From contig JAVMKH010000176.1 of assembly GCA_031732935.1 (NCBI GenBank), positions 3,913-67,912 on the forward strand: a DNA stretch of 64,000 nucleotides, given 5' to 3'. Numbering within the stretch: the first letter of the stretch is position 1; each line of letters opens with the position of its first letter. The translations under genes and the position numbers were made by a program. The notes beneath the pieces were generated by a model. The model searched no databases. It was not told where the DNA came from and saw only the letters and a program-made list of their open reading frames with translations. Of the stretch, positions 17,478 through 27,431 are shown one piece after another. The DNA comes from Candidatus Contendobacter sp. (lineage in GTDB: Bacteria > Pseudomonadota > Gammaproteobacteria > Competibacterales > Competibacteraceae).

Positions 17478-19658
17478 ATGTTTCGGGCGCTCTCGTATTT
17501 TTTTATCGCTGTGCTGGTCACCACCGCCGCGGACGCCGGTCCAGTACCGGGAACCGGAACGCCGGAGTCGGCCGAGGTCATCGTCGATCTGACGACGGGT
17601 CCCAGCAACACCTTCGTTCCCGCCGTCGCGCTGGGGGCTGGGGTGGACGGTCATTCCCGAGGTGACGGCGACGCGATCTACCGTCCGGCAACCTTGCGCG
17701 CCATGCGTTCCGTCGGGATGCGTCCGCTCAGCTATCGCCTGCGGACCGAACTGGCTATCCAGGCCTGGCACTGGAATCCACGCGGTCGCTGGAGCGGCGG
17801 TCGACATACCCAAGGCTACTGGACCTCGGACGACCGTCCCGGCGCTCCCATTCTTTCGTCTCACGGCTATCGGCTGCCGCGGCGCGGTAATACCATCGAC
17901 CAGGCGGAAAACAACGGGTATTCGCGGCTGGCCGACGGCGATTTGAAAACTTTCTGGAAGAGCAACCCCTATCTGGATCGCCACTATACCGGCGAGGACA
18001 ATGACCGGCATCCGCAATGGCTGATCGCCGACCTGGGGGAGCGTGCTCCGGTGACCGCGACCCGTATAATTTGGGGAACACCCCATGCCGTCCGCTATCA
18101 GGTCCAGTACTGGGAAGGGGAGGACCCGGACGATCCGGATGAATATCCCGAGGGCCGCTGGCAAACGTTCCCGACCGGTACGGTGGTCGAAGGTCGCGGC
18201 GGCGATATCCTCCTGCGGTTGACTCAGAAGCCGGTCTCGGCGCGGTTTTTACGAGTGCTGATGGAGGAGTCTTCGGGAATCGCGCCGCCGGGCGCGAAAG
18301 ACCCACGCGACGCCCTCGGTTACGCGGTTCGGGAGGTTTCCATCGGAACGCTGGATTCGACCGGGCGGTTGCGGGACCGGGTGCGCCACGCCGCCCGCCG
18401 CGACGACCAGACCCGGTTTTTCGTGTCCTCCACCGATCCCTGGCACCGGGCCAGCGATCTGGACCCGGACGTGGAACAGCCGGGCATCGATCGGGTGTTC
18501 ACCAGTGGAATCACCCAGGGATTGCCGGTGCTCATCCCGGTCGGCGTCCTCTACGACACACCGGACAATGCCGCGGCGCTGCTGCGCTATCTGCGGCGGC
18601 GCGGTTATCCGACGCGGGGCATCGAACTGGGCGAGGAACCGGATGGCCAGTACGTAGCGCCGGAGGACTACGGCGCGCTGTATCTGCGGGCGGCGGACGC
18701 GCTGCGGGCGGTGGATCCGGCGGTGGTTCTGGGCGGCCCGTCGTTCCAGTCACTGTGGGACGAACCGATGATGGCCTGGGCGGGGACCTCGGTGGCGCCC
18801 GACCAGCCATGGTTGACGCGCTGGCTGGCGTATCTGAAAGAGCGCGGTCGAGCGGCGCCGGATTTCCTGTCCTTCGAGTGGTATCCGTTCGACGAGGTTT
18901 GCGCGCCGTCGGAGCCCCAGTTGCAACAGGCGTCGGCATTGCTGGCCGCCGCCCTGGCGAACCTTCATGCCCAGGGATTGTCCCGCGACACGCCGCTGCT
19001 GATGACCGAGTATGGCTATTCGGCCTTTTCCGCCCAGGCCGAGGTCGATCTGACCGGCGCTCTGTTCAACGCCGACGCGGTGGGCGTCTTTCTGACCCAG
19101 GGTGGCGCCGCCGCCTATCTGTACGGTTATGAACCCAGCCCCATTTACCGGGGACCAAATTGCGATACCTGGGGTAACAACACCCTGTTCCTGTCCGACC
19201 CACGACGGCGTATTCTGGCGCGCACCGCCACCTATCACGGCGCGACACTGCTGGCGCGGCAATGGGCCGGGAACCCGAGCCAGCCGCATCGGGTCTATCC
19301 CGCGCGAGTGGAAATCGGTGCCGCGGACGCTGTGATACCGCTGAGCGCCTATGCGGTTCGACGGCCCGATGGGTTGTGGGCGGTGCTGCTGATCAACAAG
19401 GACCCTCGCCGGGAATGGGGGGTGGCGCTGCGTTTCGCGGGGCCGGAACCGGGTGTGACCACGGACCTGCGAGGCCCCGTCGCTCTCTATCGGTTCTCCG
19501 CCGCTCAGTATCATTGGCGGGCGAACCGGGAACAGGGACGCCCGCTGCGGAGCCATCCTCCCCAGCACAGGGTCCTGACCGAGCACGGCCCCGTGAAGGC
19601 GCGGTTGCCGCCCTGGTCGCTGACGGTGATTCGAGGCGGCGGACCGCGGGAGCCGTGA
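17478..19658 (+). CDS. Secreted clan GH-A-like glycoside hydrolase with an inserted discoidin (F5/8 type C) domain
   Basis: Signal-like MFRALSYFFIAVLVTTAADA; discoidin motifs QWLIADLG, YQVQYW, ARFLRV, REVSI; putative acid/base IELGEEPD and nucleophile LLMTEYG. Start uncertain (track start is 17379). Confidence 0.65.
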   Translation: MFRALSYFFIAVLVTTAADAGPVPGTGTPESAEVIVDLTTGPSNTFVPAVALGAGVDGHSRGDGDAIYRPATLRAMRSVGMRPLSYRLRTELAIQAWHWNPRGRWSGGRHTQGYWTSDDRPGAPILSSHGYRLPRRGNTIDQAENNGYSRLADGDLKTFWKSNPYLDRHYTGEDNDRHPQWLIADLGERAPVTATRIIWGTPHAVRYQVQYWEGEDPDDPDEYPEGRWQTFPTGTVVEGRGGDILLRLTQKPVSARFLRVLMEESSGIAPPGAKDPRDALGYAVREVSIGTLDSTGRLRDRVRHAARRDDQTRFFVSSTDPWHRASDLDPDVEQPGIDRVFTSGITQGLPVLIPVGVLYDTPDNAAALLRYLRRRGYPTRGIELGEEPDGQYVAPEDYGALYLRAADALRAVDPAVVLGGPSFQSLWDEPMMAWAGTSVAPDQPWLTRWLAYLKERGRAAPDFLSFEWYPFDEVCAPSEPQLQQASALLAAALANLHAQGLSRDTPLLMTEYGYSAFSAQAEVDLTGALFNADAVGVFLTQGGAAAYLYGYEPSPIYRGPNCDTWGNNTLFLSDPRRRILARTATYHGATLLARQWAGNPSQPHRVYPARVEIGAADAVIPLSAYAVRRPDGLWAVLLINKDPRREWGVALRFAGPEPGVTTDLRGPVALYRFSAAQYHWRANREQGRPLRSHPPQHRVLTEHGPVKARLPPWSLTVIRGGGPREP

Positions 19659-19736
19659 GCCGCGCCGGTATTCGCGGCGGCCAATGGCGAAGCCACGAAA
19701 TAAAAACCTGGATTGTCGCCAACCGACGAGCATTTT

Positions 19737-22700
19737 ATGCCGCTTATGTCGCAACCATTGGTTGAGTTGAAGGATCCAGTCCCCGCCGATGAACCATCGG
19801 ATTCGGCCGAGCGCGGGGGCAGGGTCAAGCCCATCTTCTTCGATCCGGCCCGCAAGCGTTGGCCGCGGGTGCGTGCGGGAATGATGTTCGTCGCCCTGAC
19901 CTTAACCTTGCTGCTGGGAGGACTGTTTCTCAGCATCCTGGCTAGCCCCATTCTGCCGGCGCTCCATTTGCCAGACGCCAGTTTCTTGCCGCAAGGCGCG
20001 CACGCGCTGCCCGCCATTCCCTCGCTGTCTCCCGAACACCCCCTGACGCGCCGCGAGCGCGCGCTCCGTAAGGCCGAGATCAAATTGGCGCGCGAACGGG
20101 AGCGTGGCTTGCGGCAGTTGCTGGCCAAATCTCACTGGACAAACCACAACCCGGATCACCAACCCCTCGCCATCGGGTTCTTCGTCAACTGGGACGACAC
20201 CAGCATGAGCTCGCTCAAGCAGAACCTGGACAGTTTGGACTGGGTGATCGCCGAATGGCTGCACCTGGCGGCCGAGGACGGATCGCTGCGGGAGAACGAT
20301 CCCACTCGCCAGACCCAAGCTACCGACTACATGCGCGCTCGTCGTCCCGATTTGTCGATCATGCCGTTGGTGAACAACTGGAACGGCCGCGAATGGGAGG
20401 GGGCCAAGCTGGGTCGGATGTTGGCCAATCCGGCGGCGCGGGCGCGCGTGATCGAACAACTGGTTGCCTATGTGGAACGCTACCACTTTGCCGGCGTCAG
20501 CATCGACTTTGAGGAAATCGCGGCCAAGACCCAGCCCGACTTTCAGCGGTTCATGGCCGAGCTGTACGCCGTACTGCGTCCGAAGAACCTGCTGGTGTCG
20601 GTGAATGTGCCGGCCGGCGATCCAGCCTTCGATTACCGCAAACTGGCGAATAACGCCGATTACCTGATCCTGATGGCCTATGACGAGCACTGGGCCACCG
20701 GCGCGCCCGGCCCGATCGCCAGCTTGCCCTGGTTCGCCAAGGTGCTGCGCGAGCGCCAGCGCGACGTGCCCGCTGACAAGACGATCGTCGCCATCGGCAA
20801 TTACGCCTACGACTGGGAAAAAGGCCATTCCGCCGAGGAACGCGCCTTCGAGGAAGCGGTGCTGGTCGCCAAGGAGTCGGAAGGGGACATCCGGCTGGAT
20901 CGGGCATCCCTCAACTCCACCTTCGAATATGCCGACGACAACGACCACATTCACCGTGTGTGGATGCTGGACGCCGTGACCGCTTTCAATCAGATGGTGA
21001 TCGCCCGGTCGGTGCGGCCGCGCGGCTTCGCGCTGTGGCGGCTGGGCAGCGAGGACCCGGCGCTGTGGCAGGTGTTCGGCAAAAACGATCCGTTGGACGC
21101 GGCGCGCGCCGCCCAACTCGGCGATATTCGCTTCGGTTACGGATTGGATTATGAAGGCAAGGGCGAGATCCTGCGGATCACCGCCCAGCCGCAACCGGGA
21201 AGCCGGACCATCCAGTTCGACCCGAAGCGGGGGTTGATCACCGCGGAACACTATACGGCGTTCCCTTCCCCCTATGTCATCACCCGCCACGGCGGCGCGG
21301 ATCGCAAGTTGGCGCTGACCTTCGACGATGGCCCCGATCCCCGGTACACGCCGCAAATCCTCGACGCCCTGCGCGCGGCGGGGGTGCCGGCCGCCTTCTT
21401 CATTGTCGGCGTCAACGGCGACCTGAACCCGGAACTGCTGCGCCGCGAAGTCGCCGAGGGTCACGAGATCGGCAATCATACCTTCACCCATCCGAACATC
21501 TCGACCATCTCGCCCACCCAGTTTCAACTGGAGTTGTCCGCGACCCAACATCTGCTGGCCAGCGTGGTGGGGCGACATTCGCTGCTGTTTCGGCCGCCCT
21601 ACGCGGTGGATGCCGAGCCGGAGACCATCGACCAGATTCGCCCCATCGAGCTGGCCACCGAGCAGGGTTACCTGGTGGTGGGCATGCAGATCGATCCCGA
21701 CGACTGGGAGCGCCCAGGGGTGGACGAGATCGTGCGGCGCACAGTGGAGGAGGCGGAACGAGGCGAGGGCAACATGATTCTGCTGCATGATTCGGGCGGA
21801 GACCGGAGCCAGACCGTGCAGGCGGTGCCCCGGATCATCGAGGCGCTGCGTGAGCGCGGCTTCCGGTTTGTCAGCGTTTCCGAGTTGCTTGGCCGTAGCC
21901 GCGACGAGCTCATGCCGCCGGTCCCGCCGGAGAGCTTCTGGCAGACCTGGCTGAACGGCGTGGCCTTCGGGGTGCTCAACTGGTCGGCCGCGCTCATCCA
22001 TTGGCTATTTTTGCTGGGCATCGCGTTGGGCATCGCGCGGTTGCTGTTCATCGGGGTGCTCGCGCTACGCCAGCGTCGGTGCCGCCCCGTCTTCGATCCC
22101 GCGTATGCGCCTTCGGTGGCGGTGGTGGTGCCCGCCTACAACGAGGAGAAGGTGATCGCGCAAACGATTGCTTCCCTGTTGGCTAGCGACCATCCCGAGC
22201 CATTCGAGATCATCGTGGTGGACGACGGTTCCAGCGACGCCACGTATCGCGTGGCGCGCGAGACTTTCGCTGGCGATCCCCGGGTGCGGGTGTACACCAA
22301 GGCCAACGGCGGCAAGCCGGCGGCCCTCAACTTCGGCGTGGCGCGGACCCAGGCGGAAATCGTGGTGGCGCTGGACGCCGATACCGTGTTTGCCCGTGAC
22401 ACCATTGTTAACCTGGTCAGGCATTTTGCCGATGCGCGCGTGGGCGCGGTGGCGGGCAACGCCAAGGTGGGCAATCGCGTCAATCTCCTGACGTGCTGGC
22501 AGGCGCTGGAGTACATCACCAGTCAGAATCTGGATCGACGCGCCTTCGATGTGCTTAACTGCATCACCGTGGTGCCGGGGGCGGTGGGGGCTTGGCGGCG
22601 CGAACTGATCGAGCGGGCGGGTGGCTTTACCGATCTGACCTTGGCGGAAGACGCCGATCTCACAATGGCGATCCGCAAGCTGGGCTATGCCATCGTCTAC

Positions 22701-23228
22701 GAGGACGAGGCGATGGCGCTCACCGAGGCGCCCGACACCGTGCGTGGATTCATTCGCCAGCGGTTCCGTTGGATGTTCGGCACCATGCAGGCGGCCTGGA
22801 AACACCGCGATGTGCTGTTCCGTCCGCGTCACGGGGCGCTAGGCTTCATCGCGCTACCCAACATGTTTATTTTTCAAGTTTTATTCCCGTTGATTTCGCC
22901 CGTGATGGATCTGTTGCTCGTCTGGTCCCTGGGCGTGGCGGCTTTCAATCACTGGCAGCATCCCGCCGAGTATTCTCCCGATACGCTGTGGCGGGTGCTG
23001 TTTTACTACGCCCTGTTCGTGACGGTGGACTATCTGGCCGCTGTCCTGGCCTTCGCGTTGGAGCGTCGGGAGGACTGGAAGTTACTGCTTTGGCTGTTCT
23101 GGCAGCGCTTTTTCTACCGCCAGCTCATGTACTACGTGGCCATCAAGAGCACCCTGGCTTCCCTGCGGGGCGTTCTGGTGGGTTGGGGCAAGCTGGAGCG
23201 CAAGGCGACGGTGCGGGCGGCGAGTTGA
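19737..23228 (+). CDS. Trifunctional GH18-like / NodB-CE4 polysaccharide deacetylase / GT2 glycosyltransferase membrane protein
   Basis: GH18 SIDFEE, LMAYDEH, GFALWRLG; CE4 TFDDGP, HEIGNHTFTH, FRPPY, LLHDSGG; GT2 PAYNEE, DDGS, DAD, LAED, QRFRW plus C-terminal TMs. Start codon between 19713 and 19746 uncertain. Confidence 0.9.
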   Translation: MPLMSQPLVELKDPVPADEPSDSAERGGRVKPIFFDPARKRWPRVRAGMMFVALTLTLLLGGLFLSILASPILPALHLPDASFLPQGAHALPAIPSLSPEHPLTRRERALRKAEIKLARERERGLRQLLAKSHWTNHNPDHQPLAIGFFVNWDDTSMSSLKQNLDSLDWVIAEWLHLAAEDGSLRENDPTRQTQATDYMRARRPDLSIMPLVNNWNGREWEGAKLGRMLANPAARARVIEQLVAYVERYHFAGVSIDFEEIAAKTQPDFQRFMAELYAVLRPKNLLVSVNVPAGDPAFDYRKLANNADYLILMAYDEHWATGAPGPIASLPWFAKVLRERQRDVPADKTIVAIGNYAYDWEKGHSAEERAFEEAVLVAKESEGDIRLDRASLNSTFEYADDNDHIHRVWMLDAVTAFNQMVIARSVRPRGFALWRLGSEDPALWQVFGKNDPLDAARAAQLGDIRFGYGLDYEGKGEILRITAQPQPGSRTIQFDPKRGLITAEHYTAFPSPYVITRHGGADRKLALTFDDGPDPRYTPQILDALRAAGVPAAFFIVGVNGDLNPELLRREVAEGHEIGNHTFTHPNISTISPTQFQLELSATQHLLASVVGRHSLLFRPPYAVDAEPETIDQIRPIELATEQGYLVVGMQIDPDDWERPGVDEIVRRTVEEAERGEGNMILLHDSGGDRSQTVQAVPRIIEALRERGFRFVSVSELLGRSRDELMPPVPPESFWQTWLNGVAFGVLNWSAALIHWLFLLGIALGIARLLFIGVLALRQRRCRPVFDPAYAPSVAVVVPAYNEEKVIAQTIASLLASDHPEPFEIIVVDDGSSDATYRVARETFAGDPRVRVYTKANGGKPAALNFGVARTQAEIVVALDADTVFARDTIVNLVRHFADARVGAVAGNAKVGNRVNLLTCWQALEYITSQNLDRRAFDVLNCITVVPGAVGAWRRELIERAGGFTDLTLAEDADLTMAIRKLGYAIVYEDEAMALTEAPDTVRGFIRQRFRWMFGTMQAAWKHRDVLFRPRHGALGFIALPNMFIFQVLFPLISPVMDLLLVWSLGVAAFNHWQHPAEYSPDTLWRVLFYYALFVTVDYLAAVLAFALERREDWKLLLWLFWQRFFYRQLMYYVAIKSTLASLRGVLVGWGKLERKATVRAAS

Positions 23229-23442
23229 CGGTAGGTGGCTTCGACGCGATTCGAAGCGGTTTGGTTAGGCGGTTGGGGTCCCGACAACGCGCGGTTTCCC
23301 ACGCCGGACATTCGACAGACACCCTAGCGGAAACTATAGTTGCGCTAGGGCCATGCGCGCGGGCGGCGGCGTGGTGACGCTGGCCGAAAGCCCGGTCAAA
23401 CAGGCCCACAGACCTTCAACCCTTTCATAAAGGAAGCTGTCC

Positions 23443-25083
23443 ATGTCCGTTCCCAGCGACCTGCCGGTCTGGCAAGAATTGCAAGCCCATCATGCCGCCA
23501 TCGCCGACCTGCACCTGCGCGACCTGTTCGCCGCCGATCCCGGACGTTTCGACCGATTCTCCCGGCGGTTCGGCGACTTGCTGGTGGATTTCTCCAAGCA
23601 TCGCATCACCGGGGAAACCCTCGGCCTATTGATCGAGTTGGCCCGCCAGGCGCAATTGCCGGCCTGGATCGAGCGGACGTTCAACGGGGAAATGATCAAC
23701 CACACCGAGCGTCGTTCCGTGCTGCACGTTGCGTTGCGCAATCGGAGCGACCGACCGATCGTCGTCAACGGTGAGGATGTGATGCCGGGCGTGAACGCGG
23801 TGTTGGAGCACATGCGCAAGTTCGCCGACCAGATTCGGCGCGGCAAGTGGCGCGGCCACACCGGCAAGCGCATCCGCGACGTGGTCAACATCGGCATCGG
23901 CGGCTCCGACCTGGGGCCGAAAATGATCTGCGAGGCGCTGGAGCCCTACGGCGATCCCACATTGCGGATGCACTTCGTCTCCAACGTGGACGGCGCCCAT
24001 ATCAGCCACGTGCTGGCCGAGTGCGACCCGGAAAGCACCCTGTTCATCGTCGCTTCCAAGACCTTCACCACCCAGGAGACCATGACCAACGCCCATACCG
24101 CCCGTGCCTGGCTGGTCAAGGAACTGGGCGACGAGTCGGCGGTGGCCAAGCACTTCGTCGCGGTGTCCACCAATGCCGCCGGGGTGAGCAAGTTCGGCAT
24201 CGACACCGCCAACATGTTCGAGTTTTGGGATTGGGTCGGCGGGCGCTACTCGCTGTGGTCGGCCATCGGCCTGCCCATCGTGGTCTATCTCGGCATGGAC
24301 CATTTCACCGAGTTGCTGGACGGCGCGCACGCCATGGACGAGCATTTCCGCACCGCGCCGCTGGAGGAAAACCTGCCGGCGATCCTGGGGCTGCTGGGGG
24401 TCTGGTACATCGACTTCTTCGGCGCCGACAGCCATGTCATGCTGGTTTACGACGACTATCTGCGCTCGCTGCCGGATTACCTGCAACAACTGGACATGGA
24501 AAGCAACGGCAAGACCATCGACCGCGACGGTCAACTGGTTCGGGTCAACACCGGTCCAATTCTGTGGGGCAGCCTGGGCAATAACGGTCAGCACGCCTAC
24601 TACCAATTGCTGCATCAGGGCACGCACTTGGTGCCGGCGGATTTCCTGGCGCCCGCGCATAGCCCGAATCCGATCGGCGAGCATCATCCGATCCTGTTGG
24701 CCAACTGTCTGGCCCAGGCCGAGGCGATGATGGTCGGCAAGACCGAGGCGCAGGCCCGCGCCGAGTTGGAAAAGCAGGGGATGAGCGGCGAGGCGCTGGA
24801 GAAACTGTTGCCCTACAAGGTCTTTCCCGGCAATCGGCCCAGCACCAGCCTGTTCTACCGCCGCTTGACGCCGAAAGTGCTCGGGTCGCTGATCGCGCTG
24901 TATGAGCACCGGGTGTTTACCCAGGGCGTAATCTGGAACATCAATTCCTTCGATCAGTGGGGCGTGGAACTGGGCAAGCAACTGGCCAACGCCATCCTAC
25001 CGGAACTCAAGGGCGACCGTCCCCCTAGCGGGCATGATGCCTCGACCCTGGGGCTGATTCGATTCTGCCGCGACGAGGGTTGA
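23443..25083 (+). CDS. pgi: Glucose-6-phosphate isomerase
   Basis: [67 protein letters not shown]. Confidence 0.98.
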   Translation: MSVPSDLPVWQELQAHHAAIADLHLRDLFAADPGRFDRFSRRFGDLLVDFSKHRITGETLGLLIELARQAQLPAWIERTFNGEMINHTERRSVLHVALRNRSDRPIVVNGEDVMPGVNAVLEHMRKFADQIRRGKWRGHTGKRIRDVVNIGIGGSDLGPKMICEALEPYGDPTLRMHFVSNVDGAHISHVLAECDPESTLFIVASKTFTTQETMTNAHTARAWLVKELGDESAVAKHFVAVSTNAAGVSKFGIDTANMFEFWDWVGGRYSLWSAIGLPIVVYLGMDHFTELLDGAHAMDEHFRTAPLEENLPAILGLLGVWYIDFFGADSHVMLVYDDYLRSLPDYLQQLDMESNGKTIDRDGQLVRVNTGPILWGSLGNNGQHAYYQLLHQGTHLVPADFLAPAHSPNPIGEHHPILLANCLAQAEAMMVGKTEAQARAELEKQGMSGEALEKLLPYKVFPGNRPSTSLFYRRLTPKVLGSLIALYEHRVFTQGVIWNINSFDQWGVELGKQLANAILPELKGDRPPSGHDASTLGLIRFCRDEG

Positions 25084-25156
25084 CGACGGACGGCGGGTTG
25101 GGGCGGTGGCTAGGAATGCACTGGTGCTGCCTCAACCCACCGTGGCTGGGCCGGGT

Positions 25157-25318
25157 TCAATAATGTTTTTTCTGTTCGGCCTTGCGTTCGATGGCTTGGC
25201 CGGCGGCCTTGATGTCCTGACCAGCCCCCTTGACCGTATTGCAGGCGCTCAAGCTGCCGGCAAGCAGCAAGGATGTGCCCAGCAGGAACGGGATCACCAG
25301 GATGGATGGGTGGTTCAT
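25157..25318 (-). CDS. Entericidin EcnA/B-family lipoprotein
   Basis: MNHPSILVIPFLLGTSLLLAGSLSACNTVKGAGQDIKAAGQAIE (lipobox LSAC followed by NT..G.GQDI). Confidence 0.85.
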   Translation of the reverse strand: MNHPSILVIPFLLGTSLLLAGSLSACNTVKGAGQDIKAAGQAIERKAEQKKHY

Positions 25319-25520
25319 CGAGCTATTTCCTCCGATTGATTCATGATGTTCAGAGATAACGACAGGCTTGGCCAACCCGATAGCCTGACTTGGAATGGCC
25401 GGCGCCGGGATGGTTGTTGGACCGTCGCAACCGCCATAACGATGGCGTGGGCCGCTTGATATACTGAAATTCAAACAATATTCATCTGTCCGCAACAAAA
25501 TCCTGATGGGGGATCACCCG

Positions 25521-25787
25521 ATGCTTGGAGAGAGCCACGATCTGTTCCATGAGTTTCCCGAATATCGGGATCGTATCGCTGAACTGAAGGACGCCGATCC
25601 CGGATTCGCGCGTCTGTACGACGACTATCATGCGGTCAACAACGAAGTGGAGCGCATCGAATTCCAGATCGAAACGCCTTCGGACCACTACACCGAGATT
25701 CTGAAGAAACAGCGCCTGCATCTGAAGGACGAAATTTACACCATCCTGCGCCGGGCGCGGGCGCGGGCGCGGGAACAACAGGTTTGA
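25521..25787 (+). CDS. YdcH/DUF465-family protein
   Basis: HDLFHEFPEY..RI.ELK..D..FARL.D.YH...NE..RIE...LKKQRL.LKDEI pattern. ATG 25506 is an alternative start. Confidence 0.85.
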   Translation: MLGESHDLFHEFPEYRDRIAELKDADPGFARLYDDYHAVNNEVERIEFQIETPSDHYTEILKKQRLHLKDEIYTILRRARARAREQQV

Positions 25788-25819
25788 GATTTTTTCCGCC
25801 GTTCCGGCGGTTTGACGCA

Positions 25820-25850
25820 AACGCCGGGCGCCGCTGCGGCGCCCGGCGTT
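25820..25850. terminator. Strong hairpin between convergent genes
   Basis: AACGCCGGGCGCCGC-T-GCGGCGCCCGGCGTT is a perfect inverted repeat lying between stops at 25787 (+) and 25894 (-). Confidence 0.6.
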
Positions 25851-25893
25851 CTTGCCGCCACGGACTGGTCCCGAGGGCGAACTTGGCCAACAT

Positions 25894-26253
25894 CTAAAGG
25901 AGCGGTGGCGATTCCTTGCCGCTGGTCGAATCCGCCAATGTCGATGCCGCGATTCGATTCCGGCCCCGCCGGGGCCGGTCGCCGGGCTGGCTCGGTTCCG
26001 CCGACGCGTTTGGGAGTCGACGCGACGAGGTCGGTGGTCGGCTAGCTTCGGCGATGGATCCGCCGCGCGCCCGCCGCAGCCAACCTAGCATTCGGTGTTC
26101 CAGCGCGTCCTGCCCGGCGGGCGTCAGATCCCGGAAAATCAGCGCCCCGGTCCCCACCAGCAGCATCAATCCGCCCAGGAAAGTAACCAGTGGTTGCAGG
26201 AAGGCGATCGTCAGCGCCGCCAGGACGACCAGCAGGATGTGTCGAATTTTCAT
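25894..26253 (-). CDS. Small membrane protein (2 N-terminal TMs, low-complexity tail), coupled to the PP2C gene
   Basis: MKIRHILLVVLAALTIAFLQPLVTFLGGLMLLVGTGALIF; GGAGG RBS; ATGA overlap with the PP2C stop at 26250. Confidence 0.65.
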   Translation of the reverse strand: MKIRHILLVVLAALTIAFLQPLVTFLGGLMLLVGTGALIFRDLTPAGQDALEHRMLGWLRRARGGSIAEASRPPTSSRRLPNASAEPSQPGDRPRRGRNRIAASTLADSTSGKESPPLL

Positions 26254-27236
26254 GGGATATCCTCCGTGGGTGAATGCTCGACGCGCCCCGGCCGGCGCGC
26301 GAGGATGATGGTGCAGTTGTCGTCCGGGTGGCTGCGCTGTCGGTAAATCTCTTCCGTGAGTTCGGCCAGCAGCGTGTCCGCCAGTTCCTCGAGCGGGCGG
26401 CGCGCCTGTCCCAGCAGCGTTGGCCAGCGTTGGATGAACGCCTGGGGATTGGCAAGGCGCCAGAGACCGTCGCTGGCGAGAAGATAAATCCGCCCCGGTT
26501 CCAGCGCCAAGGCGCGGCGGTCGTCCAACCCGCGCAGGAACAGCGGTAGGTTCCCCTCGTGCAGTTCGAACAGATCCGCCGCGATGGCCGTGGGATAAAG
26601 CCAGGGAGCGCCCAGGGTGCTGCCCAACCCAAAGGCCTGGCTGATCTGGGAATTGGCTTGAGCGTGGACCTGTTGAAACCACTGCGCGCTATCCAACAGG
26701 CCGAGCAGGGCCATGTGGGTGGCCGGGACATGATCCACGGTCAGACAGCGAACCCGCCGCGCGTCCACGACGTAGAGTCGTGAATCGCCCACGTGAAACA
26801 GCAAGGCGGAACCGCTGGGAGGAATTTCGAGCACGATCAAGGTGCAGCCCGTTTCCAGTCCGGCCGCCTGGAATTGCTGGCGCAGCCGATGGTGCAGCGC
26901 GTTCAGGCCCGTGGTGATCGGGGCCAGGTCCACGGTCGCCGGCAGCTCAAGTAGACCCTCAAGGGTTTTTTCGGTCGCTTCCCGGCCATGACTGTGGCCA
27001 CCCATGCCATCGAGGAGGGCCAGTCGCCGGTGGCCGGGCGGCCAGTCGGGCAGGCGCAGTTCGGTTTCCCGTTCGCCCCATAGGAAGCGGGCCTGTCCCT
27101 GGCCATCGATGATGAGGTAATTGTCTTGGTTTTCCTGGCGCCCGTGACCGGTAGGCGAACGCAACGAGCGCACGGCGATTTCCAGGGGTGGATCGGAAGG
27201 GAACGGCATACGGTCGGAAACGTCCGTGGGGTTCAT
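26250..27236 (-). CDS. PP2C-family Ser/Thr protein phosphatase
   Basis: RQENQDNY, LLDGMGGH, GCT, HVGDSRLY, LASDGLW, DDNCT (all metal-binding Asp residues present). Confidence 0.9.
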   Translation of the reverse strand: MNPTDVSDRMPFPSDPPLEIAVRSLRSPTGHGRQENQDNYLIIDGQGQARFLWGERETELRLPDWPPGHRRLALLDGMGGHSHGREATEKTLEGLLELPATVDLAPITTGLNALHHRLRQQFQAAGLETGCTLIVLEIPPSGSALLFHVGDSRLYVVDARRVRCLTVDHVPATHMALLGLLDSAQWFQQVHAQANSQISQAFGLGSTLGAPWLYPTAIAADLFELHEGNLPLFLRGLDDRRALALEPGRIYLLASDGLWRLANPQAFIQRWPTLLGQARRPLEELADTLLAELTEEIYRQRSHPDDNCTIILARRPGRVEHSPTEDIP

Positions 27237-27431
27237 CGTCTGGCCAATGGGTGTCGGTTGGATCGTGGAGGTTGCGGAGGCGGGTTCGGTTCCGCGCGGA
27301 CGCGACCGAATCCCTTGATCGAAATCGCCCTGGCGCGTGACGGTTCATCCTCTGCTAGACTAGATCATAATGCGACTGGACACGGTCCTGTCCAAACCAA
27401 ATCTTCGAACCATACTGACGAATTCAAGGTC

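Noticed and set aside
19902-24981. ORFs 19902..22001 (-) and 23626..24981 (-)
   Set aside because: Antisense to the GT2 fusion and pgi; no independent coding signal.
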